Part shown: one piece after another, positions 9,639 through 18,356 of the stretch | Numbering within the stretch: position 1 is the first letter of the stretch | How the letters are laid out: every line of letters begins with the position of its first letter | The notes under the pieces: generated by a model | Told to the model about the DNA's origin: nothing | Seen by the model: only the letters and a program-made list of their open reading frames with translations | The model's database searches: none | NCBI GenBank assembly: GCA_965370805.1 | Contig: CBDUVZ010000004.1 | Location: 1-53,968 of the forward strand | Origin: an uncultured bacterium | GTDB taxonomy: Bacteria > Hydrothermota > Tepidihabitantia > Tepidihabitantales > Tepidihabitantaceae | Direction of reading: 5' to 3' | DNA length: 53,968 nt | Program-made: the position numbers and the translations under genes

Positions 9639-10438
9639 TGCGCCTCCTTCTTCTGCTTCTTCAGGACCTTCGTCAGGTCCCGGCCTTTCTGCCAGAGGAA
9701 CTCGAAACTCGCTTTCATCGCGGCAACCAGTGCCGGGTGACTGAAGACAAACACAGTGACTCTGTCCTTCTCGCTCGTCAGGGTGAACAGCGTCGCGCGG
9801 TCGTCGAAAGTCGACATGTTCATCGGAACTGAACGTACCACCCTGCCTTCTTCTCCACACTTGAGCAGCCGTTCCAGCAGCGGCACGACCTTCGGATTCC
9901 GGATGCCCTCCTGTTCGTAGAGGCACCGAATCCTGACACCCCTCTTGAGCAGGTTTGCCTCCAGCTTGACCGCACCCTCAAGCGACTTCGCACTCTGTTC
10001 CTGGGCCGACTTGAAGAAGACCAGCACCTCGTCCCTGGCCTCCTGCGCCAGCCGGTCCATGAACTCCTTTATCTGCCGCCCCTTCAGGACCCGCACAAAA
10101 TCGTCAGGGACATCCTCTTTCTCAAGCCGTTCAAACGCCTCGGCCAGTTTCTTCATGCCCTCGGTTCTATCCCGGAGGGCTTCCTCCTGCTCTCGCAGGA
10201 TATCCTGGAATGCAACGTCCGGCGCGACCGCTGAGTAGTAGCTCACCTTCCCTCTTCTCTCGCTGCACATCCCCTTGTCCATCAGCTTGCCCAGCGCCAC
10301 GTAGATCTGGGGCCGTGGCACCGAAATCATCCTGGCCAGGTCCTGAACCTTGGCTTTCTCTACCCTGACCAGGGCATCGTACACCTCAGCCTCATACCTC
10401 GAAAGCCCGAATGACCGCAGGAGCTCTTTCGTCTTCAT
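9635..10438 (-). CDS. TrmB family transcriptional regulator
   Basis: FGLSRYEAEVYDAL...VPRPQIY..L..L..KG wHTH plus PLD-like effector domain. Confidence 0.9.
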   Translation of the reverse strand: MKTKELLRSFGLSRYEAEVYDALVRVEKAKVQDLARMISVPRPQIYVALGKLMDKGMCSERRGKVSYYSAVAPDVAFQDILREQEEALRDRTEGMKKLAEAFERLEKEDVPDDFVRVLKGRQIKEFMDRLAQEARDEVLVFFKSAQEQSAKSLEGAVKLEANLLKRGVRIRCLYEQEGIRNPKVVPLLERLLKCGEEGRVVRSVPMNMSTFDDRATLFTLTSEKDRVTVFVFSHPALVAAMKASFEFLWQKGRDLTKVLKKQKKEAQ

Positions 10439-10440
10439 TA

Positions 10441-10472
10441 TGTCAGTCTAGATTATACTGACAGATTGTCAA
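10441..10472 (-). promoter_or_regulatory. Promoter TTGACA-N16-TAGACT with overlapping palindromic operator TGTCAGT-N9-ACTGACA (probably leaderless trmB)
   Basis: Perfect 7-bp inverted repeat at 10441-10463, directly upstream of the ATG. Confidence 0.65.
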
Positions 10473-10515
10473 GCGGGAATCGCAGGGCCGGGTGTCGTTA
10501 TCCTGACTGCTTCTT

Positions 10516-11280
10516 CTAGCTCAGCAGCCAGAGGCTGAAGGCCATCACCGCCATGCCGGCAATGACGCCACCGATGGCCAGATGTTCAAATCCGTACGAA
10601 TGGGCCACCGGAACCAACTCGTCAAAGGAGATGAAAACCATGATTCCAGCGACCGCGGCCAGAACCAGGCCCAGCACCGCCGGGGTCAGGAACGGCATCA
10701 ACACCAGGGCCGCAAGCCCGGCCCCGACCGGTTCGGCAACCCCGGACAGGAACGACCAGAGAAACGCCTTCTTGCGCGAACCGGTCGCCGCATAGACCGG
10801 CACTGACACAGCCAGACCTTCTGGGATATTGTGAATCGCTATCGCCACCGCAATCGAAACACCCAGGCCCCGGCTCTGCAGCGCACCTGCGAAAGCCGCC
10901 ATCCCTTCGGGCAGGTTGTGGATGCCGATTCCCAGGGCTACCAGCAGCCCGGTCCTCATCAGTGCCGGCGAGCCTTTCCTGCTCCAGCCGGCATGTTTCT
11001 CGGCCTTGTACTGGTGCGGTATCGAAACGTCGATCAGGAGCATGACGACCATCCCCCCGAAGAACGCGGCGACCCCGGGCAGAAACCCGACCGTGTCAAT
11101 CCCCTGTTGCAGCAGTTCCACAAACGAAACCAGGACCATCACCCCGGCCGAGAAGCCCAGAATCAGGGACATAAACCTCGGCCCCGGCTTTCTGACCACG
11201 AGGCCGAGAACACTGCCGATAGTGGTTGCCAGCCCGGCCAGGGCCGACAACATCAGCGCAAACCAGACGTCGCCGTTCAC
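10516..11280 (-). CDS. zupT: ZIP family metal transporter ZupT
   Basis: GFSAGVM, IHNLPEG, IHNIPEG motifs. Confidence 0.92.
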   Translation of the reverse strand: MNGDVWFALMLSALAGLATTIGSVLGLVVRKPGPRFMSLILGFSAGVMVLVSFVELLQQGIDTVGFLPGVAAFFGGMVVMLLIDVSIPHQYKAEKHAGWSRKGSPALMRTGLLVALGIGIHNLPEGMAAFAGALQSRGLGVSIAVAIAIHNIPEGLAVSVPVYAATGSRKKAFLWSFLSGVAEPVGAGLAALVLMPFLTPAVLGLVLAAVAGIMVFISFDELVPVAHSYGFEHLAIGGVIAGMAVMAFSLWLLS

Positions 11281-11446
11281 AAGTGGTTATTTCCTCGGGA
11301 TACGGAACGAAACCCTGGAATCAGCCACCAGACCCACATGTACACTCCCTCCATCCTCTTCCGCAAGAGCGTCGCCTCTTGACCCCAACCCATCAGTCCT
11401 GGCTTGAGCAACTTCTCTCGCAGCTACGAAGGCCTCCTTTGACCGG

Positions 11447-11969
11447 CTACCTGGCTTTGGTGACCTTGTAGCAGATATCCCGGTCTACCTGCACGAAATA
11501 GACACCGGCCGGGACAGGGCCGGCATTCCAGTGACCTGAATCCATCGTCCCGATCTGCTTTCCCGAGATGTCAAAGACCCTTAGCTTCCTTCCCTGAACG
11601 CCTGCCATTCCTGAGAAGTCGGACTGCGTTCTGGTATTCAAGCACAATCGCCGAATAGGCCCAGTTCTGGCTTCCCGCAAGATGCCAGGCGTTCAGCTTG
11701 GCTGAGGCCGAGAAGTCCACGTCGGTACTGGGAATGGCAGCGGTCTGCTTTATCCGGGCGTACCACCGGTTGTGCTTGTGCACGCACACTTCACTGTCAG
11801 GGTCAGGATGATAACCGCTTGAGCAGTTGACGGCCCAGTTGCCCTGGTTGCTGTCAACCTCGACGGCCCAGTAGCGAAGCGAATCCTCGAAGTCCCCATT
11901 CTGGATCAGCTCTTGACCGAAACCGATGACCAGGAACACCGGCAACAGGAGTAGAATGCACTTGCTCAT
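11447..11969 (-). pseudogene. Disrupted secreted protein (signal peptide + NGDFE domain, then T9SS-like tail in another frame)
   Basis: Frame 11571-11969 gives QELIQNGDFE; frame 11447-11680 gives VFDISGKQI...PAGVYFV; join near 11625. Confidence 0.65.
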
Positions 11970-12074
11970 CTTGACTTCCTTCCGCGGATACTCGCCACGA
12001 GGCCCGTTTCGACCAAGTCAATCATCGGTACCAACCCGGCCGTTACAATCGTTGCCGGCGCCATATCGTCCCCG

Positions 12075-13067
12075 CTACCGGAAGAGAGGGAATGCTACGG
12101 TTCCCCAGATGATCGGCACGAAAGAGGCCGGCCCGTACTTGTAGTCTGTCTTGTACGCCAGCGGTATCTGGCCCAGGAGCATGATTGAACCCCCGTCTTC
12201 GCTGCCGAAGGGCTGCCAGCGCAGCTTCAGCACGAGGTTGTGCGTGAACCGGTCGCTGTCCTCGAGGATGTCCCCCTGCCGGTCTCGGTCACTCGCCGTC
12301 ATGTCGCCCTGCATCCCGGCAATGGCGGCAAACCTGCTGCCGAAGAACTCGGACCCGACAAATGCCCAGTACCGAAGCCGGTCACCTAGGTCCCGTCCTG
12401 ATTCGTCGAACCGGTCGATGTCCTTGACCTGTCCACGGTTGTGGTAGCAGAGCTCGGCCGTCCCGAAGATGTTCTTCGTCAGGTGAGGATGGGTCGAAAC
12501 GGCCACCTTGAAATCGTGGGTCCCGCTGCCAATGCCCTGTCGGACCTGGTCGTCGGTGGTTATCGGCGGCTTGTACGCAGCGTTGAGAAGCAGCCCGTTC
12601 TGCCAGTTCGGCGGCCTTCTCAGTACCAGCCCTCTCACCGAGAACCAGACATCTTCGGGTCCGTGGCCCCGGGTTTCCTCCCATACCGCTCTGTTCTCCG
12701 ATTCCGACCATACCTGGTGCCTTGTCTCACGCGCGACGTCGTAGATGGTGAAGACGCCGAGATTCACCCGGTCGATTGCACCGAACTCCAGGCCGAGACC
12801 CAGCTTTGTCTCGTTGTGATACCAGCCCTCGGGCAGTTCAACCATCTGGTTGTGGTCCCGGGAGTAGGGCGACGAATCGCGTAGCGCCTCCCACACCAAG
12901 TCCGAGTAGCACCTGACCGCTCGGATGTCGGCGAAGATGACACGGGGTTTCAGCTTTCCCCGGCCAATGTCACGCGGACAGCCGATGGTCTCGTCCGACA
13001 CCGCGACGCTGACAGGAAGGAACAGCATCAGGCCGGTCATCAGGACACTGAAGCGACTCGTCATCAT
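12075..13067 (-). CDS. Putative outer-membrane beta-barrel protein
   Basis: Signal peptide, alternating beta-strand pattern, GIGSGTHD segment, aromatic C-terminus. Confidence 0.6.
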   Translation of the reverse strand: MMTSRFSVLMTGLMLFLPVSVAVSDETIGCPRDIGRGKLKPRVIFADIRAVRCYSDLVWEALRDSSPYSRDHNQMVELPEGWYHNETKLGLGLEFGAIDRVNLGVFTIYDVARETRHQVWSESENRAVWEETRGHGPEDVWFSVRGLVLRRPPNWQNGLLLNAAYKPPITTDDQVRQGIGSGTHDFKVAVSTHPHLTKNIFGTAELCYHNRGQVKDIDRFDESGRDLGDRLRYWAFVGSEFFGSRFAAIAGMQGDMTASDRDRQGDILEDSDRFTHNLVLKLRWQPFGSEDGGSIMLLGQIPLAYKTDYKYGPASFVPIIWGTVAFPLFR

Positions 13068-13144
13068 CTCCTCACTTTCTCGGAATGCCCGCCACCAGGC
13101 AGGTGCTCGAGCCACTGTGTTGCAGCCTTGCGAAGAAGGGAACA

Positions 13145-13501
13145 TCACTCGTCATGCCCTCTGCATGACGGGTAATAGAGGCAGCGCTCAAACGCCAGCT
13201 TGAACAACTCGTCAATCAGCGCCTTGTACGACTTCAGGACCCGGATATTGATGCTGTAATACACACGAAAGCCCTGCCTTTCGGGCTCGAGAATGCCGAT
13301 ATTCCTGAGAACCCTGATATGCTGGGATGCTGCGGGCTGAGAAATGCCCAGCTTCTTGGCCAAGTCAGCAACGCAAGGGTCTTTCTCCATCCTGGAAGCC
13401 AGCATCCGGATGAGCCGGAGCCGGGTCGGGTCACCCAAGGCCTTGAATACCTCGGCCATCAACTTCACCTTCTCGTGGTTGGTTCGAGCTATTCTATTCA
13501 T
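13145..13501 (-). CDS. ArsR/SmtB family regulator
   Basis: FKALGDPTRLRLI, CV.DLA, SQPAASQHI. Confidence 0.93.
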   Translation of the reverse strand: MNRIARTNHEKVKLMAEVFKALGDPTRLRLIRMLASRMEKDPCVADLAKKLGISQPAASQHIRVLRNIGILEPERQGFRVYYSINIRVLKSYKALIDELFKLAFERCLYYPSCRGHDE

Positions 13502-13589
13502 AAGTCAATACGCAGTATCTTCATATGATAGGGCGCATCGGCTGGAAGTCAAACGCCGGTGCCCGCCCGTGTCCTGATTCGGTTGCCGC

Positions 13590-14231
13590 TCAGCCGACCG
13601 AATACGGCCCGGGAATCAGACGCCAGGCCCAGACGTATTCGAGTACGGTCCAGGCAAACAGCAGCAGCGCCACGCCCCAGGCCATTGCTGCACCGGTGGT
13701 CCGCGCCCGCCGCAGCCGCAGCACCGCGAACAGCGATGCCCCGATGAACACTGCCGCTGCCGGATAGGTGGACCAGTGCAACCGGCCCAGCAGCTCCAAC
13801 TGGGCAATCATCACCATGTGCAGACTCCAGATTCCCAGGAAATGCCCGCCCGCGAACAGGAACCGTTCCGGCACGTATCGCCGTACCGCCACGAACATGA
13901 ACCCTGTTATGAGCAGAATCAACACCGGCGCGTAGTGCCACGATGCGATATCGGCCCAGCCGAGGTTCTCCATCACTTCGCCCACGAACGCCCAGAACCA
14001 GAGCCCGCACAGGATGCCCCACATGTTGCTCCGGGCCGGGTTTGCCCGGGTGCGCTCGCACATCGCCCAACTGAACCCGACCAGCCCGAACAGGGCCATG
14101 CCCAGAATCGCATAGGGCACGACACCGGCCCGGTCCGCAAACACCATCGCCATATAGGTCGCACCGAACGCGACCAGGGTCAGAACCAGTGTCCGATAAC
14201 CGAGTCGGACACAGGAATCAGGCAGTTTCAT
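13590..14231 (-). CDS. Hypothetical multi-TM membrane protein
   Basis: About 7 hydrophobic segments; GGAGG RBS; overlaps IscU-like gene. Confidence 0.7.
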   Translation of the reverse strand: MKLPDSCVRLGYRTLVLTLVAFGATYMAMVFADRAGVVPYAILGMALFGLVGFSWAMCERTRANPARSNMWGILCGLWFWAFVGEVMENLGWADIASWHYAPVLILLITGFMFVAVRRYVPERFLFAGGHFLGIWSLHMVMIAQLELLGRLHWSTYPAAAVFIGASLFAVLRLRRARTTGAAMAWGVALLLFAWTVLEYVWAWRLIPGPYSVG

Positions 14232-14616
14232 CTTTCCTCCTGTGCTGTTCAATCGCCCTTTCAAGTGTGGCTCGGGCCAGACACGCACAATGAACCTTCA
14301 CCTGGGGCAGGCCTCCCAGGTCATCCAATACGTCCTCCATACTCACCTTGAGTGCCTGTTCCGGCGACTTGCCTTCTATCATCGTCATGAGTGCCGAACC
14401 CGAGGCCCGGGCCGCGGTGCAACCAGTGGTCCGGAACTTCGCATCAGTTATCACCCCGGACTCAATCCGCAGGAATACCTCCATCGCATCCCCGCACGGA
14501 CCGGTGAACCGGGAATGCGCATCCGGGTTCTCGATTTCCCCGACGTTCACCCGCTTCTCATCGTACTCTCTCGCCTTACCCGAATACTCGATTCTCTCCG
14601 GCAGGTATTCGGTCAT
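14218..14616 (-). CDS. IscU/NifU N-terminal Fe-S scaffold family protein
   Basis: GPCGD, GC..A.AS.S, KVHCA conserved cysteines. Confidence 0.9.
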   Translation of the reverse strand: MTEYLPERIEYSGKAREYDEKRVNVGEIENPDAHSRFTGPCGDAMEVFLRIESGVITDAKFRTTGCTAARASGSALMTMIEGKSPEQALKVSMEDVLDDLGGLPQVKVHCACLARATLERAIEQHRRKDETA

Positions 14617-15170
14617 CCCTTCGGCATTCCTGCATACCTTGGCGTTTTGTCCTCGTACTCACGAAAAGCATCGCCGTATTCCCGCTCCAGGAAGGCTTCC
14701 TCAAGCAGGATGGTCCAGTGATAAAAGGGTATGGAAAGAACGAATAAACTGAGGAAAGCAATACTCCAGACCGATGTAGACCAGCCCATCAGGCACAACC
14801 CGGCAAGAAAGAACAGCCCGCCGACGTACATCGGGTTCCGCGAGTAGCGGTAGACCCCAGTCGCATTGACCCCGCCGGCAAACCGCGCAAATGAATGCAT
14901 GGCAACGAGGTTCAGGGCTATCCCAAGCAGGTAGAACGGCAGTCCGACCCAGAACGGAATCCCGGAGTTGAGCGGTACGAACAGGCTGACCAGCAACAGA
15001 GCTGCAAGCTGTATCCAGCCGATAGTCGCGCACGCCTTGCCGCGGCTGGTCTTATTGAACTCAGGGTCTTCTATCGGTTTTCCCCGCTTCCGGTTGGCCC
15101 AGAGCATTGCGGCCCAGATCGCTCCGTATCCGGGCACAAAGAAAACCCACAGATTCCAGATGCCTGTCAT
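14613..15170 (-). CDS. Isoprenylcysteine carboxyl methyltransferase/PEMT family membrane protein
   Basis: TGVYRYSRNPMY, EE.FL...YG..F..Y...TPRY. Confidence 0.88.
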   Translation of the reverse strand: MTGIWNLWVFFVPGYGAIWAAMLWANRKRGKPIEDPEFNKTSRGKACATIGWIQLAALLLVSLFVPLNSGIPFWVGLPFYLLGIALNLVAMHSFARFAGGVNATGVYRYSRNPMYVGGLFFLAGLCLMGWSTSVWSIAFLSLFVLSIPFYHWTILLEEAFLEREYGDAFREYEDKTPRYAGMPKG

Positions 15171-15199
15171 AGTTTCCCTCCATCTTTGGTATCCACGAT

Positions 15200-15395
15200 G
15201 CCTGAGACCACCGTGCGATTCCAGAACCGGAACATTCTACGCGCCTTTCCGGCCGGAAACTTCGTCAATGCCGATGACCTTCGGTCGCGGCCCACCGGCC
15301 CGGGACAACTGCTCTCGCAGATACTCTTTCTCCAGCTCTTTGGCCGTGTGCCAGTCCAGGTGCAGTTCACAGGCAACATGCTTGATGCTGCGCAT
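15200..15395 (-). pseudogene. ISL3-family transposase internal remnant
   Basis: Manual translation MRSIKHVACELHLDWHTAKELEKEYLREQL...PKVIGIDEVSGRKG*, then RTVVS out of frame. Confidence 0.8.
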
Positions 15396-15545
15396 GGCGA
15401 AATCATGCCAGATTTCGCGTCCGATGCAAGCAGGCTAACCTGATAGCAGACGGCAACTTAGTTCACGCCGCCGTCCAGAAAACACCCACACAAACCCGCG
15501 AACAGCCTCTTTTGCTGCTGTGGATCCGAATTCCATTTCTATATC

Positions 15546-15917
15546 TCACATTCCACGCACGTCCATTCTGAGACAGATCGTTCTTGCCGCACGCTCTAGC
15601 TTATGCTGCCTTCTCCTAAGATACCTTTCGCATTGCTTCAACCTGTCATATCCCAGCATTACACCAAGCATGAAATCCTGCTCATCTGTCAAGCCTGCCA
15701 ACGATCTGAACTTCATCTGCTTGATGATATCAATACATGCCTTATCACCAAGAAAGCAATTCATCCGGGTTCCACCGAGTTCTTGGACATAGTAACTTAT
15801 GTTGTCCTTGCGTAGCTTTTTCTCAATGGTCTCTCTCTCCTCTATCCTGCCTGTATAAAGAACAAGATTTCTCAGTCCCTTTCTGTACTCATAAAGATAG
15901 TGGGTGAATACTCTCAT
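15546..15917 (-). CDS. DUF2023 family protein (flavodoxin-associated)
   Basis: H.LYEY.KG.R.LVL.T, N.F.G...C, L.DEQDFMLGVMLGYD...QC.RYL. Confidence 0.85.
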   Translation of the reverse strand: MRVFTHYLYEYRKGLRNLVLYTGRIEERETIEKKLRKDNISYYVQELGGTRMNCFLGDKACIDIIKQMKFRSLAGLTDEQDFMLGVMLGYDRLKQCERYLRRRQHKLERAARTICLRMDVRGM

Positions 15918-16033
15918 GGTCTCTGGTGATAAACAAGGGCAGGGATCCTGCAGGAAGCAGAACCCCCAGGCACTTGAAGGATACTTCGGAGTACTTGGTG
16001 GGATCGAGTCACCGACAGGAATCCTTCCTTAGA

Positions 16034-16477
16034 CTAAATCGATTTTGCTACCTCTAAGCCCCATGATTCAGCATCTCCCATTGCCGGCTCAACATCCCCA
16101 TCAACCTTAAGGCTTTCTACAACGATTTGGGCACCACATTCTCGCAGTCTCTCCTCAAGCATGTCCACTGCGGCGCAGAATGTATCGGGATAGCCTTCTT
16201 TATCGCCAGGCCCAAACACGGCCACCTTCTTCCCGGCAAGGGGCACTCTCTTCATCTCATTATGGAAATCAACGAAGTCATCCTGCAACTCGCCTTCACC
16301 CCATGTAGAGCAACCAAGTACGATCAAGTCGTGGTCTCTGAGTTCATCGACATCCGCTTCTGTTACATTCTTCAGTGTAACCTCTGCACTGCCTTTGTTG
16401 AGCCCCTCAACCACAGCCTCAGCCAAGGTTTCTGTACTCCCTGTGGTTGTGCCGTAGATCAGAATCGCTTTAGCCAT
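16034..16477 (-). CDS. Short-chain flavodoxin
   Basis: YGTTTGSTE, LGCSTWG.GELQ, VFGPGD..Y..FC. Confidence 0.93.
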   Translation of the reverse strand: MAKAILIYGTTTGSTETLAEAVVEGLNKGSAEVTLKNVTEADVDELRDHDLIVLGCSTWGEGELQDDFVDFHNEMKRVPLAGKKVAVFGPGDKEGYPDTFCAAVDMLEERLRECGAQIVVESLKVDGDVEPAMGDAESWGLEVAKSI

Positions 16478-16874
16478 TTCTTATCTCCTTTGTTCTTGAT
16501 GTCCTGGCTACCCGGTAACCCAACCGGCAGAAATAAATCACCAGGATTCCCTGAAGGATTGGGAAAATCATGTAATAGGGTGGTTTAGTCATCGGAATCC
16601 CGAGAATCACATGCATGACAATCGGTTGAAGAACAATCTCGATACCCAGCACGATGCCGATTATGAAACCCCAGCGGATACGAGATAGGCACGTAGCGAA
16701 TGCTAGGATATATGCGGCGGACAAGGCCAGTACAGCAAAGACCGTCGGGTGAGCGAAAGACCCTCCAATAATCACTGCACTTGGCAGTTCAGCCACCAGT
16801 TTGTGAACAAGCTGAATGAGAATCACCGCAACTGCAGCCTGCACTTCAATCGGCAATCTCTTTGATTCAATCAT
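16470..16874 (-). CDS. Small 4-TM hypothetical membrane protein
   Basis: AAGGAGG RBS, hydrophobic segments, overlaps flavodoxin start. Confidence 0.7.
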   Translation of the reverse strand: MIESKRLPIEVQAAVAVILIQLVHKLVAELPSAVIIGGSFAHPTVFAVLALSAAYILAFATCLSRIRWGFIIGIVLGIEIVLQPIVMHVILGIPMTKPPYYMIFPILQGILVIYFCRLGYRVARTSRTKEIRNG

Positions 16875-16905
16875 GTGAACCTCCTTGTTGCTTACTGAAG
16901 AAATA

Positions 16906-16970
16906 GGGCGCTCCCGGGGAGGCAAACCCCCTGCCGTGCTTGACGCGCAGGCCAGGAACGCCCTTCATTG
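16906..16970 (-). repeat. Structured intergenic element, copy 1
   Basis: caatgaagggcg...cctgcgcgtcaagcacggcagg...gcgccc; homologous to 21077-21139. Confidence 0.65.
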
Positions 16971-17036
16971 TCCTCTCATGAACACACCACGATCGCACAT
17001 CCTGTCGTTCCCGCTGCACCTCGCTGCTTTCCGTCT

Positions 17037-18230
17037 TCAGTCCAGGTAAACAAGCCTGGTGACCGCGGTCCGTCCTTCGGACGTAGTACGGACGAAATAG
17101 ACACCACTGCTAATCTGCCGAGAAGGCCGCCATATCAGTTCACCCGTGCTGCCGGCCCGATGGACAACCCTGCCGTCTCTGCCGGCTATCTCCACGAGCG
17201 CCCCGGCCGGAGTGACTATACGGCAGGCGGAACGAAACGGATTCGGGTATGTCTCCATCCCGGCGAATGCCGCTCGACCGGCTTCCTCTTCAATTCCTGA
17301 TGAAGGGGTGAATTCTTCATTCGCGTTCGTGAAACTTCCTCCGGCAACAACTCCGCCGATAGCGTAGATTTTTCCGTTAGCCTCAACGGCCGCAAGATGG
17401 CTTCTAGACGTTGGCATATCTGCATCGGTTGACCAGGAGTTAGCGGCTGGGTCATACACCTCATTAGTGGCCAGCCAGTTTGCTCCATCAAATCCACCGA
17501 GAGCATAGACTTTCCCGCTAACTGCTGCGGCCGCAAGCCAGTATCTCGCTGTCGGCATAGGGGCTTTGGCTGACCAGGAGTTAGCTACTGGGTCGTACAT
17601 CTCGACTACATCCAAGCAACTTGCCCCATCGAATCCGCCAACGACGTAGATTTTCCCCTCAACTACAGCGGCTGTAACAAATCCCCTTGCTGTTGGCATC
17701 AGAGCCTTGGTCGCCCACGAGTTTGTACCTGGGTCGTACTCCTGGACCGCATTCAAGAAAGCTGTTCCGCTATAGCCCCCAATGACGTAGGCTTTTCCGC
17801 CAACCACACCAAGTGCAGCACCTTCTGTCGCTGTGGGCATAGAAGCTTTGATTGTCCACGAGTTGGTACCCGGGTCATACTCATCGTTGAAGTTCACGGT
17901 TTGGCCGGGAGGCGGGCCCTGGTGTCCTCCAATGAGGTAGACCCTCCCGTTAAACTCGGCAGCAACACCACCCAAGCCCCGCCTTCTTGGCTGGGACAGG
18001 GAAGCCTTGGTTTCCCAAGAGTTTGTGGCTGGGTTGTATTTCTCATTCTTTCTCCCTTGTCCACCACATCCCCCGACGGCATAGATTTCATCATTCACCT
18101 TAACACCGGCTGGTGCCCTTCTTGCCGTCGGCGCAGGTGCCTTCGTTTCCCAGGTTCCTGCTGCCGCGCTGGAGATTGCCCATATGGCTATAATGCCTAT
18201 GGTGAGCATCTTCGACCATTTCTTAGACAC
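17037..18230 (-). CDS. Secreted kelch-repeat protein with T9SS-like C-terminal domain
   Basis: Six kelch repeats (IY.VGG...YDP..NSW...A.MPT.R), tail YPNPF...SGVYFVR; GTG start inferred from RBS. Confidence 0.9.
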   Translation of the reverse strand: MSKKWSKMLTIGIIAIWAISSAAAGTWETKAPAPTARRAPAGVKVNDEIYAVGGCGGQGRKNEKYNPATNSWETKASLSQPRRRGLGGVAAEFNGRVYLIGGHQGPPPGQTVNFNDEYDPGTNSWTIKASMPTATEGAALGVVGGKAYVIGGYSGTAFLNAVQEYDPGTNSWATKALMPTARGFVTAAVVEGKIYVVGGFDGASCLDVVEMYDPVANSWSAKAPMPTARYWLAAAAVSGKVYALGGFDGANWLATNEVYDPAANSWSTDADMPTSRSHLAAVEANGKIYAIGGVVAGGSFTNANEEFTPSSGIEEEAGRAAFAGMETYPNPFRSACRIVTPAGALVEIAGRDGRVVHRAGSTGELIWRPSRQISSGVYFVRTTSEGRTAVTRLVYLD

Positions 18231-18356
18231 TTTTGCCACCTTTCTTTGTTTTGTGCCTGAAAACCACAAGGTTAGCGTTCAATATCTCCTCCTCGCCTTG
18301 CCCGAAGAAGGAATCTGTGATTTTGTATTTCGGCCTGGTTCCATGAGTATTATCTT

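Noticed and set aside
17330-18150. Roughly 141-bp DNA repeats
   Set aside because: Explained by kelch protein repeats
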